Source of the DNA: Chlorobiota bacterium
GTDB taxonomy: Bacteria > Bacteroidota > Ignavibacteria > Kapaibacteriales > NICIL-2
Assembly: GCA_044224515.1 (NCBI GenBank)
Contig: JBGAKH010000002.1
Span: forward strand, 162,151 to 226,150
Direction of reading: 5' to 3'
Length of the DNA: 64,000 bases
Of this stretch, positions 29,923 through 40,678 are shown in pieces. How positions within the stretch are numbered: position 1 is the first letter of the stretch; every line of letters begins with the position of its first letter. The notes beneath the pieces are model-generated. The model was not told the origin of the DNA, ran no database searches, and was given only the letters and a program-made list of their open reading frames with translations. Both the position numbers and the translations under genes were made by a program.

Positions 29923-31845
29923 TCATGCATTTTTTTGCTTTAGCATTTGTCGTTTGAGCTTTGTCTGCTCGGGACTAGGGTTTGGCAAAGCTTCCAGGAC
30001 GTTGCGTTTCATGACTTTCTTTTCGACCGGGGCTGCCTTGAGTTCAATTTCTTTGCCTTCGCGGTGTACGGTTAAGGTTACGGTCTTGTCAGACTTAGGC
30101 GCCCAGATAAACATGCCGAACATTTCCATTTTATTGTCGGGATTGACCTGGATGTCATTGATTTTTACAAGTGTGTCTCCGTCCACGACTCCGAAGTCGT
30201 TCTCACTGTGACTTGTGAGAACTACAGCATCCGAGATTCCGCGCTTAAAGAACATTCGAGCAGAGTTAAATGCAAAGCCATTAACCTCTGCGGAATCAGC
30301 AAAGCGATAGCCGACATTTTCAAAAAACTGCGCGTAGGGGATCGACTTCTTTCCGATGATGTAGTCGTCAATGAATGGCTTCATATCTGATCCCACAAGT
30401 CTTGTTATCTCATCGAAGAGTTCGTCGTCTTTGAACGGACGATCCGGACCATAGTTCTCACTCAGTTTGCGAATCATCCCAAGCAAATCCAGCTTATTTC
30501 CGCTCACCTGACGAATACGCTGATCCATGCAGAAAGCAAGTACTGCACCGGATTCATAAATGATGGGATAGAGTTCCTGGTTTTCCTCTGTGAGGACGTT
30601 TCTACTGAACTCTGTGAGAGAGAAGCCTTTGTCTTTGGTCATCAATCTACTCGCCATGATTTTGTGACGCATTTGATCGAAGAACTCCTTCTCCGACATG
30701 AGCGTGTCTTGCGCGCGACTCAGCAGGGAAAAGTACTCGGTGCATCCTTCATACAACCACAGATGCTGCGACATCTTGGGTTCTTTAAAATCAAAGTAGT
30801 GCACTTCTTCACTGTGGAGATTCAAGGGCACCAAGATGTGCAGAAACTCGTGTCCGGCTGTGTTGCGCACCGACTCGGAGACGCCTTGTCGACCGCCCTC
30901 CAACAAGAAGTAAAAACTGGATTGCGAATGTTCGAGCGCACCATAGCTGAAGCGGTGCGATAGGGTCATTCTCTTAATATCAGCGAAGTAGAAAATGAAG
31001 GTATACCGCGTAACAGGCATAATGCCAAAGAACGAGCCCAACGCTCCGCTCAGAGGTAATAAGTCTTCAGCCACTTGACTCGCGAGCACTTTCTTGTTCG
31101 GAGAATACACCGCTATCATCACGTTCATGTTGTTTTGCATGAACGAGAACGTATCCGGTACGCAGTACATAACCGGATTGTCAACCAGGTGCGGATATGA
31201 TTTAGCCGACAAGATGTCGGTGGTGTCGTTCAACTCCAAGCGGTCGAGCGATGTTGCGCCATAAAAACCCTTGGGCTTGAGTACTTGAACCTCGTAGGGC
31301 AACATCTCGTACCCTTCATAATACCCGATGAAAGCATGGGTATTGATGGCAAAGTTTGTGTCTTTCTGAATATTCGAGCCGGTAGGTTGAAACACATTAA
31401 CGGCTTCGGGATCATCCCACGTATCATTCACCCAGTACTCTAAGCGAGCCACTTTGGCATCGATGAGAATATCACCGGAGTCACGTCGCACTGCGAGCTC
31501 TGCTCCGCTCCGATCATAAGCCTTAGGGTTGACAACAAAGCGACCGTAGTCATCTTTCGAATAGGTTCCGGGCACGGAACGTGGCATGATGTACCGAAAG
31601 CGCTCACCCTTCATTTCCGGGGAAAAGACACTGACGTGTACTTGATCATTCTTGCATCCCTTTAAATCTAGAAGCACCTTGACAGGGTTCTGTTGTGCAG
31701 AGAGGGCATCCGCTATGACTAACAAAACAACAGCCGAAAAAAGAAGAGTACGGAGGATCATAGGAAATTCAATAGCTACAAAATCATGAGAGAATGTGCT
31801 CACGAGATACCGCGCATTCGGGTTGCGAATATAGCAGAGCGTCAC
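29923..31845 (-). CDS. zinc metallopeptidase, M61 (glycyl aminopeptidase)-like with C-terminal PDZ domain (640 aa)
   Basis: Signal peptide. HExxH zinc motif (TAGHEFLHIL). C-terminal PDZ-like segment (…GDTLVKINDIQV…VTLTVHREGKEIELKA…). Family assignment from memory of M61+PDZ architecture. Confidence 0.65.
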   Translation of the reverse strand: MTLCYIRNPNARYLVSTFSHDFVAIEFPMILRTLLFSAVVLLVIADALSAQQNPVKVLLDLKGCKNDQVHVSVFSPEMKGERFRYIMPRSVPGTYSKDDYGRFVVNPKAYDRSGAELAVRRDSGDILIDAKVARLEYWVNDTWDDPEAVNVFQPTGSNIQKDTNFAINTHAFIGYYEGYEMLPYEVQVLKPKGFYGATSLDRLELNDTTDILSAKSYPHLVDNPVMYCVPDTFSFMQNNMNVMIAVYSPNKKVLASQVAEDLLPLSGALGSFFGIMPVTRYTFIFYFADIKRMTLSHRFSYGALEHSQSSFYFLLEGGRQGVSESVRNTAGHEFLHILVPLNLHSEEVHYFDFKEPKMSQHLWLYEGCTEYFSLLSRAQDTLMSEKEFFDQMRHKIMASRLMTKDKGFSLTEFSRNVLTEENQELYPIIYESGAVLAFCMDQRIRQVSGNKLDLLGMIRKLSENYGPDRPFKDDELFDEITRLVGSDMKPFIDDYIIGKKSIPYAQFFENVGYRFADSAEVNGFAFNSARMFFKRGISDAVVLTSHSENDFGVVDGDTLVKINDIQVNPDNKMEMFGMFIWAPKSDKTVTLTVHREGKEIELKAAPVEKKVMKRNVLEALPNPSPEQTKLKRQMLKQKNA

Positions 31846-31968
31846 TCAGCCACGCTGAATGACGCTCGAAAAAGTACCGGAGCCGGGCCAAACAAAGCAC
31901 TACGCGGGATGCGATGAGGAGTTTCTTAAGTCTATGTTAAACCTTGTGTTAATCTCGGTTCAAGCTAC

Positions 31969-32448
31969 CTATTCCGCCGCTACTTTGTACCATTTGAGTC
32001 CATCGGCAACCGAGTCGATGCTGCGTTCAAGATCGCGCAATCCCGGAGGGGGATTAAAGCGGTCGGTAACGGTCTTCGTGGAGTCATGCAATGTGTACTT
32101 CACTGTGTATGTCGGTATATCGGTTACCATGGCATCATACACATCATTCAACTCATAAAAGCGAATACGCTCAAAGGCAGCCATGAGAAAACGCAGCGAT
32201 TGCTCGTCAACTTTGGCACGATACGCTCCTACCTTTTCTACATTCGACTTGCCGATATAGCTCGCAGATCCGTCGCCGCGCAGTACTAAGGTGTAGGCAG
32301 GACATGCCCCAAAACAACCACTTCGGTCAAGAGTGATAGCCGGAAAATTAGCCTCAAGTTTCGGCTCGGGTTTGGTCGATGCACAAGCGCCAAGTGTCAG
32401 CACGAGGGCAAGACCGGTACAAAGACTGCGAATAGTTGTCGTTTTCAT
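31969..32448 (-). CDS. hypothetical lipoprotein (start MKTTTIRSLCTGLALVLTLGACAS…), GCFGACPAYT motif
   Basis: Lipobox LGAC; conserved-looking …SGCFGACPAYTLVLRGDG… block (DUF6438-like by memory; uncertain). Confidence 0.45.
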   Translation of the reverse strand: MKTTTIRSLCTGLALVLTLGACASTKPEPKLEANFPAITLDRSGCFGACPAYTLVLRGDGSASYIGKSNVEKVGAYRAKVDEQSLRFLMAAFERIRFYELNDVYDAMVTDIPTYTVKYTLHDSTKTVTDRFNPPPGLRDLERSIDSVADGLKWYKVAAE

Positions 32449-32531
32449 AACTGAATACCAATGTTTGGTGTTTGGTGATAGGACAAGGAATGAGTCAGCG
32501 GGGTTCACATGGCGCGAAGAAAAAATAAACT

Positions 32532-33101
32532 CTATGTCGACCTCGGCTCCCCACCCAATACTTCAGGTTCTTCCGCTTCCGCGATAGTATACTCAACTTG
32601 AATAAGTGAAGAGTCAAATGTCTTCACGGATTGTAGGTTGAAACGATGAACGGAGGAATCATTTCCAAACAAGCGGGTTCCGCTTCCGAGCATACAGGGG
32701 ATGTACGACAAGACCATCGTGTCAATGCTGTTGCTACGCAACAGCTGTTGAACAATCTCTGCACCACCATCAATGAAAATGCTCTGACCTTCTTGCACTC
32801 GTAGTTCGGCAATGAGGCTCGTTGGGTCTTGGTTGACAAAGTGCACGGAACCTTCTGAAGGTCTCGGATTACGTGTTAGCACGTAACACTCGCGATCCGC
32901 ATGCGGAAATCCGATGCCAAAGCTTAGAACTTTATCGTAGGTTTTGCGACCCAATACAACGGTATCGACGGTTGACATAAAAGCCGCGTAGCCGTAGTCT
33001 TCACCGGCGCGCTCGACAATCTGCAGAAAACTCAGATCGTCGTCGGGACCGGCTATAAAGCCATCTAAACTCAGTGCGATATACAAGACAACGTTGCGCA
33101 C
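32532..33101 (-). CDS. dihydrofolate reductase family protein (RibD C-terminal-like reductase domain, 189 aa)
   Basis: N-terminus MRNVVLYIALSLDGFIAGPDDDLSFL… and …VVLGRKTYD… typical of the RibD_C/DHFR-like family. Confidence 0.7.
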   Translation of the reverse strand: MRNVVLYIALSLDGFIAGPDDDLSFLQIVERAGEDYGYAAFMSTVDTVVLGRKTYDKVLSFGIGFPHADRECYVLTRNPRPSEGSVHFVNQDPTSLIAELRVQEGQSIFIDGGAEIVQQLLRSNSIDTMVLSYIPCMLGSGTRLFGNDSSVHRFNLQSVKTFDSSLIQVEYTIAEAEEPEVLGGEPRST

Positions 33102-33103
33102 GA

Positions 33104-34873
33104 CTAGAAGTCGCGACGCAATCGTGCAACGGGAATCTTGAGTTGTTCACGATACTTTGCAACGGTGCGACGCGCAACGTTGTATCCCATCTTCTTCAGC
33201 TCTTTGCCGAGCTTGTCGTCGCTCCAAGGCTTCGACTTCGATTCCTTGCTGATGATATCGCGAATCTTCTCTTTAATAATGGTCGTTGATACTTCATCCC
33301 CTTCGTCGTTGGTTAGAGACTCCGAGAAGAAGAAACGTAACTCAAAGATCCCGAACTCGGTTTGAACGTACTTGTTGTTAACCACACGACACACTGTGCT
33401 GATATCCATTCCTGATTCTTCAGCAACATCTTTGTAGATCAGTGGACGCAGGCCGGCAGGTCCTTCTTCAAAGAATCCTTTCTGAAGCTCAACGATGGTA
33501 GTCATCACTTTAAGCATGGTCGACTTCCGCTGCTTGATAGCGTTGATAAGGAACTTCGCGTCTTCATGCTTCTTACGCATCCAATCGCGCGTGTCCTTGT
33601 TGAACTTCTTGTAGCGCGCTTCGCGTTTCAATTTTTCGTAGGCTTTGCTGACGCGAAGCTGAGGCATTGTGGCATCGTTCAACGAGATGATAAAGTCCTT
33701 CGCGTCCTCGGTGCGCTCAACACTAAAATCAGGGATAATGGTGTTAATGCCCTGCGTTGAAGAACCGTAACCGGGTTTCGGATTCAGACGCCGAATCACA
33801 TCAATTGCTTCACGCAAATACTCTTCCGTCACTTCCAAATTGGCTGCTATCTGTTGGTAGTGCTTCATTGCAAACTGCTGATAGGCTTTTGTGAGCACTT
33901 CAAGCGCCAACTTCTGTGCGGCGTTCATTTTTGGTAGAGCGCGAAGCTGGGCAACCAGACATTCCTGCACTGTTCGAGATGCACAGCCTGTCGGCTCCAA
34001 CTCCTGGATCTGACGCAACACCTGCTCAGCTTGCGCCGTCGTTAAACGTCGAAGTAGAGAAAGCTGCGAGTCGTTGTACGCTGCATATTCAGCAGATGCA
34101 GTGGTGGATTTCGATTTCTTCTGTGCGGCATTATCACTCTCCAGTGCAGCCAGACGTCGCTCATGATTGGTGTCGTCGATGATCGCATTGGCATCATCCA
34201 GGACTTCACGCAACTCGCGACGCAGATAGCCATCATCTTCCAGATTGCCAATAATCTGCTCACCAAGAATCATTTCCTCGTCGTTGAGGTCGGCAAAGTT
34301 CAGCTGCTCAAGCAGGTCTTCCTCAAAGCTCTTGACGTCTTTGATCTGAAAGGGTTCGTAATCCATGTCGTCGTCATTGGGCGACGATTCGGTATTTGCT
34401 TTTGGTCCGCCACCGTCTTCCTGCCAGAGCATTTTATAAAACTCAAATGCATCGGAATCATCCGGTATATCCTGATCGTAACTGAAGTCGCCGGAGTCGG
34501 GGCCATCATAACTTACCAGCGCAGGTTCAGAAGCTGCAGCGGTCCTCGACGCTGCTTTTTCTTCGGCTTCACTCATCTCGTAAATATCCGGCATGGTGTC
34601 GGCCGGCGTAGCGGACTGCTTCATGTGCGAAGTAGCAGCTTCCATCGCCAGATCCGCTGCCTCGTTCACGGCCGCAGGAGCGGAGAGACCAATCTCTTCA
34701 GAGAGTGATGAGCCATCGTCAGACACCTCCTCAACCATCGGATTCTGCTCAATTTCCTGTCGGATGTGTTGTTCCATCTGCAGCGAAGGGAGCTGCAGCA
34801 ACTTTAGATACTGTATTTGTTGCGGTGTCAGAGTTTGTTGCAACCCGACATTGAGTTGTAATCCAAGCTTCAT
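33104..34873 (-). CDS. rpoN: RNA polymerase sigma-54 factor (start at internal Met MKLGLQLNV…)
   Basis: RpoN box ARRTVAKYR near C-terminus. Gln/Leu-rich N-terminal region I (…LQQTLTPQQIQYLKLLQLPSLQMEQ…). Acidic region II. Confidence 0.9.
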   Translation of the reverse strand: MKLGLQLNVGLQQTLTPQQIQYLKLLQLPSLQMEQHIRQEIEQNPMVEEVSDDGSSLSEEIGLSAPAAVNEAADLAMEAATSHMKQSATPADTMPDIYEMSEAEEKAASRTAAASEPALVSYDGPDSGDFSYDQDIPDDSDAFEFYKMLWQEDGGGPKANTESSPNDDDMDYEPFQIKDVKSFEEDLLEQLNFADLNDEEMILGEQIIGNLEDDGYLRRELREVLDDANAIIDDTNHERRLAALESDNAAQKKSKSTTASAEYAAYNDSQLSLLRRLTTAQAEQVLRQIQELEPTGCASRTVQECLVAQLRALPKMNAAQKLALEVLTKAYQQFAMKHYQQIAANLEVTEEYLREAIDVIRRLNPKPGYGSSTQGINTIIPDFSVERTEDAKDFIISLNDATMPQLRVSKAYEKLKREARYKKFNKDTRDWMRKKHEDAKFLINAIKQRKSTMLKVMTTIVELQKGFFEEGPAGLRPLIYKDVAEESGMDISTVCRVVNNKYVQTEFGIFELRFFFSESLTNDEGDEVSTTIIKEKIRDIISKESKSKPWSDDKLGKELKKMGYNVARRTVAKYREQLKIPVARLRRDF

Positions 34874-35025
34874 ATCAAGGCCTGTAGTGAATGTGAGGAC
34901 CGACATACCATCTCGCTTCACGCGACGTGCGAAGCACGACGCAGGAAGAAAAAACTCTTGATTGTATGACGTGAGGACGGATGCATCCCCTCTATCGTAA
35001 TCTGAATGCTGCGCAGATCACGAGG

Positions 35026-35589
35026 TTAGTATGTGCGGGAGCGAGCTACTTCTTCTAAAGCCGTAACCCATTCTTCGCCATATTCTCGAATCAAAGCATC
35101 ACGTGTGATGTCTTTTACTTTCAAACCCAGCTCTTTGCCATGTGGTATGGCCGGTCGGCATTCAGTGAACACATCATAATACAGATAGGGTCCACCGAAG
35201 TCCGCTACGCGAATGGGAAAGAGGTGACACGAAATCGGCTTGCGAAACTCCGTTTTTCCGTCCACATATGCTTTCTCAAGCGCGCAACGAGCAATACCTT
35301 CATCAAAGAACACAAACACACATTGGGCGTCGTCGATACAACCAACGGTGCGATTTCCGTATTCTCCTGTCAACCACCCGTGCCGCGCGATATGTGCGCG
35401 TGACTCAGGCGTCAAATATTCAAGTGCGGCAGCCTTACTTTGCTCAACCCGGTCAATTTCAAGTTCTCGCAATGGAGCTCCGCTTCCACCGCTCAAGGTA
35501 CAGCAGGCACCTTTACAAGCCTTAAGATCGCAGGCAAAGGGTTGCGTCAGAATGTGCTCGTCGAGCGCTATGTCGTGAACAACAATCAT
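35026..35589 (-). CDS. DUF3109 family protein (187 aa)
   Basis: Cys-rich N-terminal motif FACDLKACKGACC… typical of DUF3109 (from memory). Confidence 0.6.
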   Translation of the reverse strand: MIVVHDIALDEHILTQPFACDLKACKGACCTLSGGSGAPLRELEIDRVEQSKAAALEYLTPESRAHIARHGWLTGEYGNRTVGCIDDAQCVFVFFDEGIARCALEKAYVDGKTEFRKPISCHLFPIRVADFGGPYLYYDVFTECRPAIPHGKELGLKVKDITRDALIREYGEEWVTALEEVARSRTY

Positions 35590-35941
35590 GTCTGCTCTTA
35601 TCTTCGTTACAGCTCTGCCGGCTCGCAGGTCGTGCCACGCTCCCGGTCATTGCTCTCGAATGCACGCACACGCCACACTGTCCACTGCTCATCGTCTCGA
35701 TGAACAAATGACAGGGTGCCTCAATGCTGCTGCCTTCGCTTCCGTGCTGATTACACTGCAAGTTTTTTGGGATCCGTAGCACCGGCTGCACGGCCTACGA
35801 GTCTTGAGCGGCGGACGTACCGATGCTCAACTCAAAAGTACAAATTCCAATACGAGCAGACAAGGGGGAGAGTGGGTTTAATTGTGTAGGAGAGGGGACT
35901 ACAAGGCTCTGCGCAAAAGGCAGCCGTGCCTTGGGTTTCGA

Positions 35942-37045
35942 CTAGATTCCGTACGAAGGAGCAAGGGGAAGCTCAATGTTCAGTACGGTTCCGACATTCT
36001 GTTCACTGTGAATGATAAAGGTACCTTTGTGCAGCTCTACAAGACGTCGAGCGATGATAAATCCCAAGCCGACTCCTTGTTGTTCGTGTACCATGCGACC
36101 AAATTGATTGTACGCACCGGTAGCGGCGATTTGTGCAGCACTCATGCCATAGCCACGGTCGGTGATTTTAATACTCAGCATGTCTTCACGCAACATGGCA
36201 TCCACGTCCACTCGGGTGCCACGCTCAGAGAACTTGAAGGAGTTATCGAGAAACTCATCGAAGATTTTGTGAAGGTTCTCGTTGGATATTGACAAGGTCA
36301 CGCCTTCGATACTACAGTTCAAACTCAAGTCATCAAAGCGATCGTAGGATTGTGCTTTGGTTTGCGCTATATCTGAGATTACGGCAGGCGCTTCTTGACT
36401 ACGATCCTCCAGCAGTGCATCGCAGGCTGCGGGATTGGCTGCAATGGATTCGAGTTGCGCGTAGACCAAAAAGTTCTCGGTGATTTTCAACAATCGTTTG
36501 GCGCTTGTGATGATATCGCCGGCAATCTCGCCCACGGATATCTTATCTTCACTTTCGCTTTGAGCAGTACTCAGAAAACTGGCTGAACCGATGATCTGAT
36601 TAAGTGCAGTGCGAAACTCATGAGGCAAGGCGTACGTAACGCTCATCTTAATCTCTTCGTAGCCGCGCTGGATGCTTTCGCGTTTCTTCCATTGCGCGTC
36701 GATGGCCGAGAGCAATTCTTCCACCGTAAATGGCTTGAGCAAGTAGTCGTCTGCACCAAACTCCATGCCCGTACGCATGTCGCCTTTGTCGGAGCGGGCA
36801 GTGAGAAACATAAAACGTATGGACTCTGTGTCTTTGTGACGTCGCAATTCCTGCAGCACTTCGAAACCGTCCATCGTCGGCATCGAGATATCGCAGATAA
36901 CAAGATCCGGATGATGCGTCATTGCAAGCTCTACACCGTCGGCGCCATTGTTAGCCGTCAAGACTTCATAGCCTTCAAAGCGTAAGAGGGCTGAGGTTCC
37001 GTCGACAATGTAATCTGAGTCGTCTATCAGAAGGATTTTTTTCAT
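35942..37045 (-). CDS. hybrid two-component protein: N-terminal receiver (REC) domain followed by HisKA + HATPase_c kinase core (367 aa)
   Basis: REC: …LLIDDSDYIVDG…DLVICDISMPTMDGFEVL…LTARSD…YLLKPFT. Kinase core with G-box …QQGVGLGFIIARRLVELHKGTF… ATGA overlap with upstream kinase gene. Confidence 0.8.
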   Translation of the reverse strand: MKKILLIDDSDYIVDGTSALLRFEGYEVLTANNGADGVELAMTHHPDLVICDISMPTMDGFEVLQELRRHKDTESIRFMFLTARSDKGDMRTGMEFGADDYLLKPFTVEELLSAIDAQWKKRESIQRGYEEIKMSVTYALPHEFRTALNQIIGSASFLSTAQSESEDKISVGEIAGDIITSAKRLLKITENFLVYAQLESIAANPAACDALLEDRSQEAPAVISDIAQTKAQSYDRFDDLSLNCSIEGVTLSISNENLHKIFDEFLDNSFKFSERGTRVDVDAMLREDMLSIKITDRGYGMSAAQIAATGAYNQFGRMVHEQQGVGLGFIIARRLVELHKGTFIIHSEQNVGTVLNIELPLAPSYGI

Positions 37046-39102
37046 GCGTCCAATGCAGAGTCGGTTGACAGAACATCCGTGTCGTCGAGTAGCAGGGGCA
37101 AACTAATCATGACCGTTGTACCAATACCCACACGTGAGCTGATCTCAACGGATCCGCCGTGTAGTTCGATGAACTCCTTGGCAATGGAGATACCCAATCC
37201 ACTGCCCGGTGCCTTGTTTCCGTTGGTACCGCGATAATACGGCGTGAAGAGACGTTCGATTTCATCCTCGGGAATTCCCATCCCTTCGTCGATCACGGTA
37301 ACTCGTACATCATCGTCGGAGCGATGGACTCGGATTTGAATGGCCGAGTTCTCCGTGGAATACTGCACAGCGTTCAGCAATATATTGCGAATGGCGTGAC
37401 GCAACAAGCGTTCATCCCCGTTTATCATTGCCGGAATCTCAGCGAAGTCATAGACTAAAAGCTGTTTACGGTCTACGGCGGCAGAGCGTACCTCTTCGAT
37501 AATTTTTCGCAGCACCGGAACAACGTCAACACGCACCGGACTAAAAGTATCCCGCATGGTGTGAAGATTCGATTGGGTGGTGAATCGGGAAACCAGACTC
37601 ACCAATTCCTGCACACGTGCACGTATGGCTTGAATGTGCATTCCGCGCTCTGTGAGCGACATATTCTCATCGTAGCGCTGTAACAACTCCGCGGATATAC
37701 TAATACCTGTGAGCGGGGTGCGAAACTCGTGTGAAATAGTATCCAAGAATGTTGACCTGAGGAGACTCAATGCTCGTTCCTTTTCCAATGACTCTCGCAA
37801 CTCTTCTTCGGCTAACTTCATCGTTGTCACGTTGTGACAGAACACGCGATACACCTGCGCTTCGGGCATGTAGTAGAAGTGCTGATCGTAGTAGTTGAGA
37901 CTCACGCTGATCATTCGCTTCGACAAGGGTGAGTCTTCGTGCAACTCAAGTTTGATGCTATCGAAACCCTGTAACAACGGATGTTGTGCGTTGAGTTGAC
38001 GAAGATTCTTAAACTCTCGTTCGGCTGCGGCATTGGCATAGGTGACTTCTCCCTCAGCATTCACTTCGAAGATGGGTGTTACGCTTTGTTCGAGATACGA
38101 CGCCAAGTGACGCAGTTGTTTTTCGTTTTCGTGCGAACCGGTGATGTCCATGACAGCCTGCACGCACACCAAGTTGCCTTCTTCCGAATGAAACTTGACC
38201 ATGTAGTTCTGGAAGATGCGGTACGCGCCATTGCGGTGTTGAAAGCGGTACTTGAGACGCAGTGTGCTATCGTCGTTCTTTGCCATCCACTCCAGCCAAC
38301 GATCGCGAACATTTTCTCGATCTTCCCGATGAATCATCTCGTTGCGTTGAGCAGCGCTCATGTTCCAAAGCTCATCAACGCTGTAACCGGAAATACGCTG
38401 GAACTCGGCATTCACTACTTCGTTATGAACATGTCCGTCTGCATGGACTTCCTGCTTGAGAATACCAACAGGCACGTTATCGATTACCATTCTGAAGAGA
38501 TGCTCGGAGCTGCGGAGCTGTCGCTCGATTTCTTTTTGTCCGCTAATGTCCGTCAACGACCCAACAACCTCTCGAATGTCGTCATGATAATCGTCGATTA
38601 GCGGAGCGTAGTGTCGGATATAGGAGCGTCCGCCAACGCTGTACTCCATGTGTACTGTTTCTCCTTCAAATGCCTTTTGGATTTGCGGCAACACAGTTTG
38701 GAGCTCTTCGTCACTTAAGTACTCGTTCAATGGCTTGTTACGAACGACACTTGTAGTATCACTACCCGCCAAGCGTCCTTCACGCATCACATACAGAATC
38801 GAACCATCGGCTTCGCGTCGGAGGCGGACCACCAGGTTTTGGAGGTTGCGGATCGTGCGCATTTCTTCGCATGAGTCTTCAGCACGGGCATCCTCTTTGA
38901 TCTTGGCTATCATGTTGATGGGTAAACGCGCTGCATGCTTTCGCAGAGAGAGCTTCAAATCGTTGACAAACTGTTGAATCGTCGGGTCAACAGCATTGAG
39001 TTGTCCGAAGTGCTTTTGCACCAGCGCACCTACCAAATGCTCCGCATCCGTAGCGGTATGCGGTAGTGCGGTAAGCAGCTTCTGTAGTTTCTCGTGTTGC
39101 AT
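37042..39102 (-). CDS. PAS-domain sensor histidine kinase (686 aa)
   Basis: H-box …ISHEFRTPLTGI…; N, G1, G2 boxes (…GSGLGISIAKEFIELHGGSVEISS…); central PAS-like repeats. Confidence 0.85.
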   Translation of the reverse strand: MQHEKLQKLLTALPHTATDAEHLVGALVQKHFGQLNAVDPTIQQFVNDLKLSLRKHAARLPINMIAKIKEDARAEDSCEEMRTIRNLQNLVVRLRREADGSILYVMREGRLAGSDTTSVVRNKPLNEYLSDEELQTVLPQIQKAFEGETVHMEYSVGGRSYIRHYAPLIDDYHDDIREVVGSLTDISGQKEIERQLRSSEHLFRMVIDNVPVGILKQEVHADGHVHNEVVNAEFQRISGYSVDELWNMSAAQRNEMIHREDRENVRDRWLEWMAKNDDSTLRLKYRFQHRNGAYRIFQNYMVKFHSEEGNLVCVQAVMDITGSHENEKQLRHLASYLEQSVTPIFEVNAEGEVTYANAAAEREFKNLRQLNAQHPLLQGFDSIKLELHEDSPLSKRMISVSLNYYDQHFYYMPEAQVYRVFCHNVTTMKLAEEELRESLEKERALSLLRSTFLDTISHEFRTPLTGISISAELLQRYDENMSLTERGMHIQAIRARVQELVSLVSRFTTQSNLHTMRDTFSPVRVDVVPVLRKIIEEVRSAAVDRKQLLVYDFAEIPAMINGDERLLRHAIRNILLNAVQYSTENSAIQIRVHRSDDDVRVTVIDEGMGIPEDEIERLFTPYYRGTNGNKAPGSGLGISIAKEFIELHGGSVEISSRVGIGTTVMISLPLLLDDTDVLSTDSALDA

Positions 39103-39453
39103 GTGTGTTCCATTGACAGCGGAGGTGCATGTCTATCCGGCCCGCTTCGCGGTCCGCAGACGGAGACTCTGCAGTTCAGGGCAAAGTATCGGCAGTTTTA
39201 GCGCTGTTTTGAAGCGCGGAATTGAAATATGCTGTTGAAACGCTATAATAGAGTGGGTTGCTCGTTGGACTCAGGCTAGTTTTGAGCCCGAAGCTCGATA
39301 TCAACGCGTAGATTGGAGCCGCTTGTGTCGCAGTACACGTACTCGCTTCACCTACGTTGTCTGAGGGATCGGTCTTCATTACATACCCCATTTTTGTAAA
39401 CATCCCGTGAATCCGAATTGCGTTTTGGATACCGAGGGTCTGAGGAGAAGAGC

Positions 39454-39774
39454 ATGCAAGAAGATTTGAAGGAGTACTACGCGGTGATATTCACCAGTAT
39501 ACAGTCAGACGAATTAGAAGGTTACGCGGAGGCGGCGGAGCGAATGGTCGAGTTAGCTCGCGAGCAGCCGGGATTTTTGGGAATAGAGTCCGCGAGATCC
39601 GGGATCGGTATCACGGTTTCGTATTGGAAAGACGAAGAATCGATTAGGGCATGGAGAAACAATGCCGAGCATAGTCTGGCACGTGAGCAAGGACGTAATC
39701 ACTGGTACAAAGCGTTTAGAACGCGAGTTTGCAAAGTAGTGCGCGACTATGGTAAGGGCGAACTCGACGGTTGA
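39454..39774 (+). CDS. small ABM (antibiotic-biosynthesis-monooxygenase-like)/Dabb-fold protein (start MQEDLKEYYAVIF…)
   Basis: Length and pattern (…YYAVIFTS…GFLGIESARS…ITVSYWKDEESIRAWRNNAEH…) consistent with ABM domain. GAGGAG SD upstream. Confidence 0.45.
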   Translation: MQEDLKEYYAVIFTSIQSDELEGYAEAAERMVELAREQPGFLGIESARSGIGITVSYWKDEESIRAWRNNAEHSLAREQGRNHWYKAFRTRVCKVVRDYGKGELDG

Positions 39775-39817
39775 TGACGTCATAGCCATAGTCTGCCGAG
39801 CCCTTAGATCCAATATC

Positions 39818-40534
39818 TTAGAAGTCTTGGGGAACATCACCTTCGCTAGGTGCGTTCCAGATATCACCAACATCTTCGCCGGTCAATTGACGGTGGCGAA
39901 CGACCTTGGCTTCAGAGAGGAAGATGACGTTTTCGGCGATATTGGTTGCGCGGTCGGCAATGCGTTCGATGTTGTGCAAACCAACGATTAGGCGTGTTCC
40001 GCACTTTATGAGAACCGGGTTTTCCTCCATCAGTCGCACAATCTCTGCGCTGATTTCCACTTCAAGTTCGTCGACGTTATCGTCGGTCGACAACACATGA
40101 TGCGCCAGCTTTGCATCGTTGTTGATGAAGGAGTCAAGCGACGCCTTAACCATCTTGAAGGTATTGGTCGTGATTCTATCGAATCCAACTTCATCCACGA
40201 TGTGGCGAATACCATCTTGAAACGTGAGCCGCGCGATAACCAGGGCGGCATCGCCAATACGCTCCAACTCGTTATTAATCTTAATGGCAGCTAGTAACAA
40301 TCGCAAGTCACTCGCAACCGGTTGCTGAAGAGCAAACAAGCGTTGCACTTGGCGATCAATTTTCAAATCGAGCTTATCGACTTTATCGTCACGTTCAATA
40401 ACCAGATGAGCAAGCGACTCGTTCGTCGTTAGCAACGCACGGAACGCGTACTCCACTTGCTCTTCCACCAATGAACCCATGCGGATGAGACGGGTACGGA
40501 GTTTATCGAAGTCGTCTTCAAAATGTCTGTGCAT
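39818..40534 (-). CDS. phoU: phosphate signalling complex protein PhoU (238 aa)
   Basis: Two PhoU repeats with conserved E/D-x3-D…RIGD-like blocks (…NNELERIGDAA…; …LHNIERIADRATNIAE…). Confidence 0.85.
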   Translation of the reverse strand: MHRHFEDDFDKLRTRLIRMGSLVEEQVEYAFRALLTTNESLAHLVIERDDKVDKLDLKIDRQVQRLFALQQPVASDLRLLLAAIKINNELERIGDAALVIARLTFQDGIRHIVDEVGFDRITTNTFKMVKASLDSFINNDAKLAHHVLSTDDNVDELEVEISAEIVRLMEENPVLIKCGTRLIVGLHNIERIADRATNIAENVIFLSEAKVVRHRQLTGEDVGDIWNAPSEGDVPQDF

Positions 40535-40678
40535 GACGTATTCCTGCTATGGTGCTGCGTAACAAAAATCAGGTGTTGTTTGCTGCAACCACCTGAGCCG
40601 GCATCGTTTTGATAACGAGGTCCCGGACTTTATAGTATCGGACATTGAGAGCGCAGCCTGAGGGTAGGCACACAACTC

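Noticed and set aside
35610-35640. sigma-54-like -24/-12 element (CGTGGCACG…TGC on minus strand)
   Set aside because: GG-to-GC spacing is off by 2 nt from the TGGCAC-N5-TTGC consensus.
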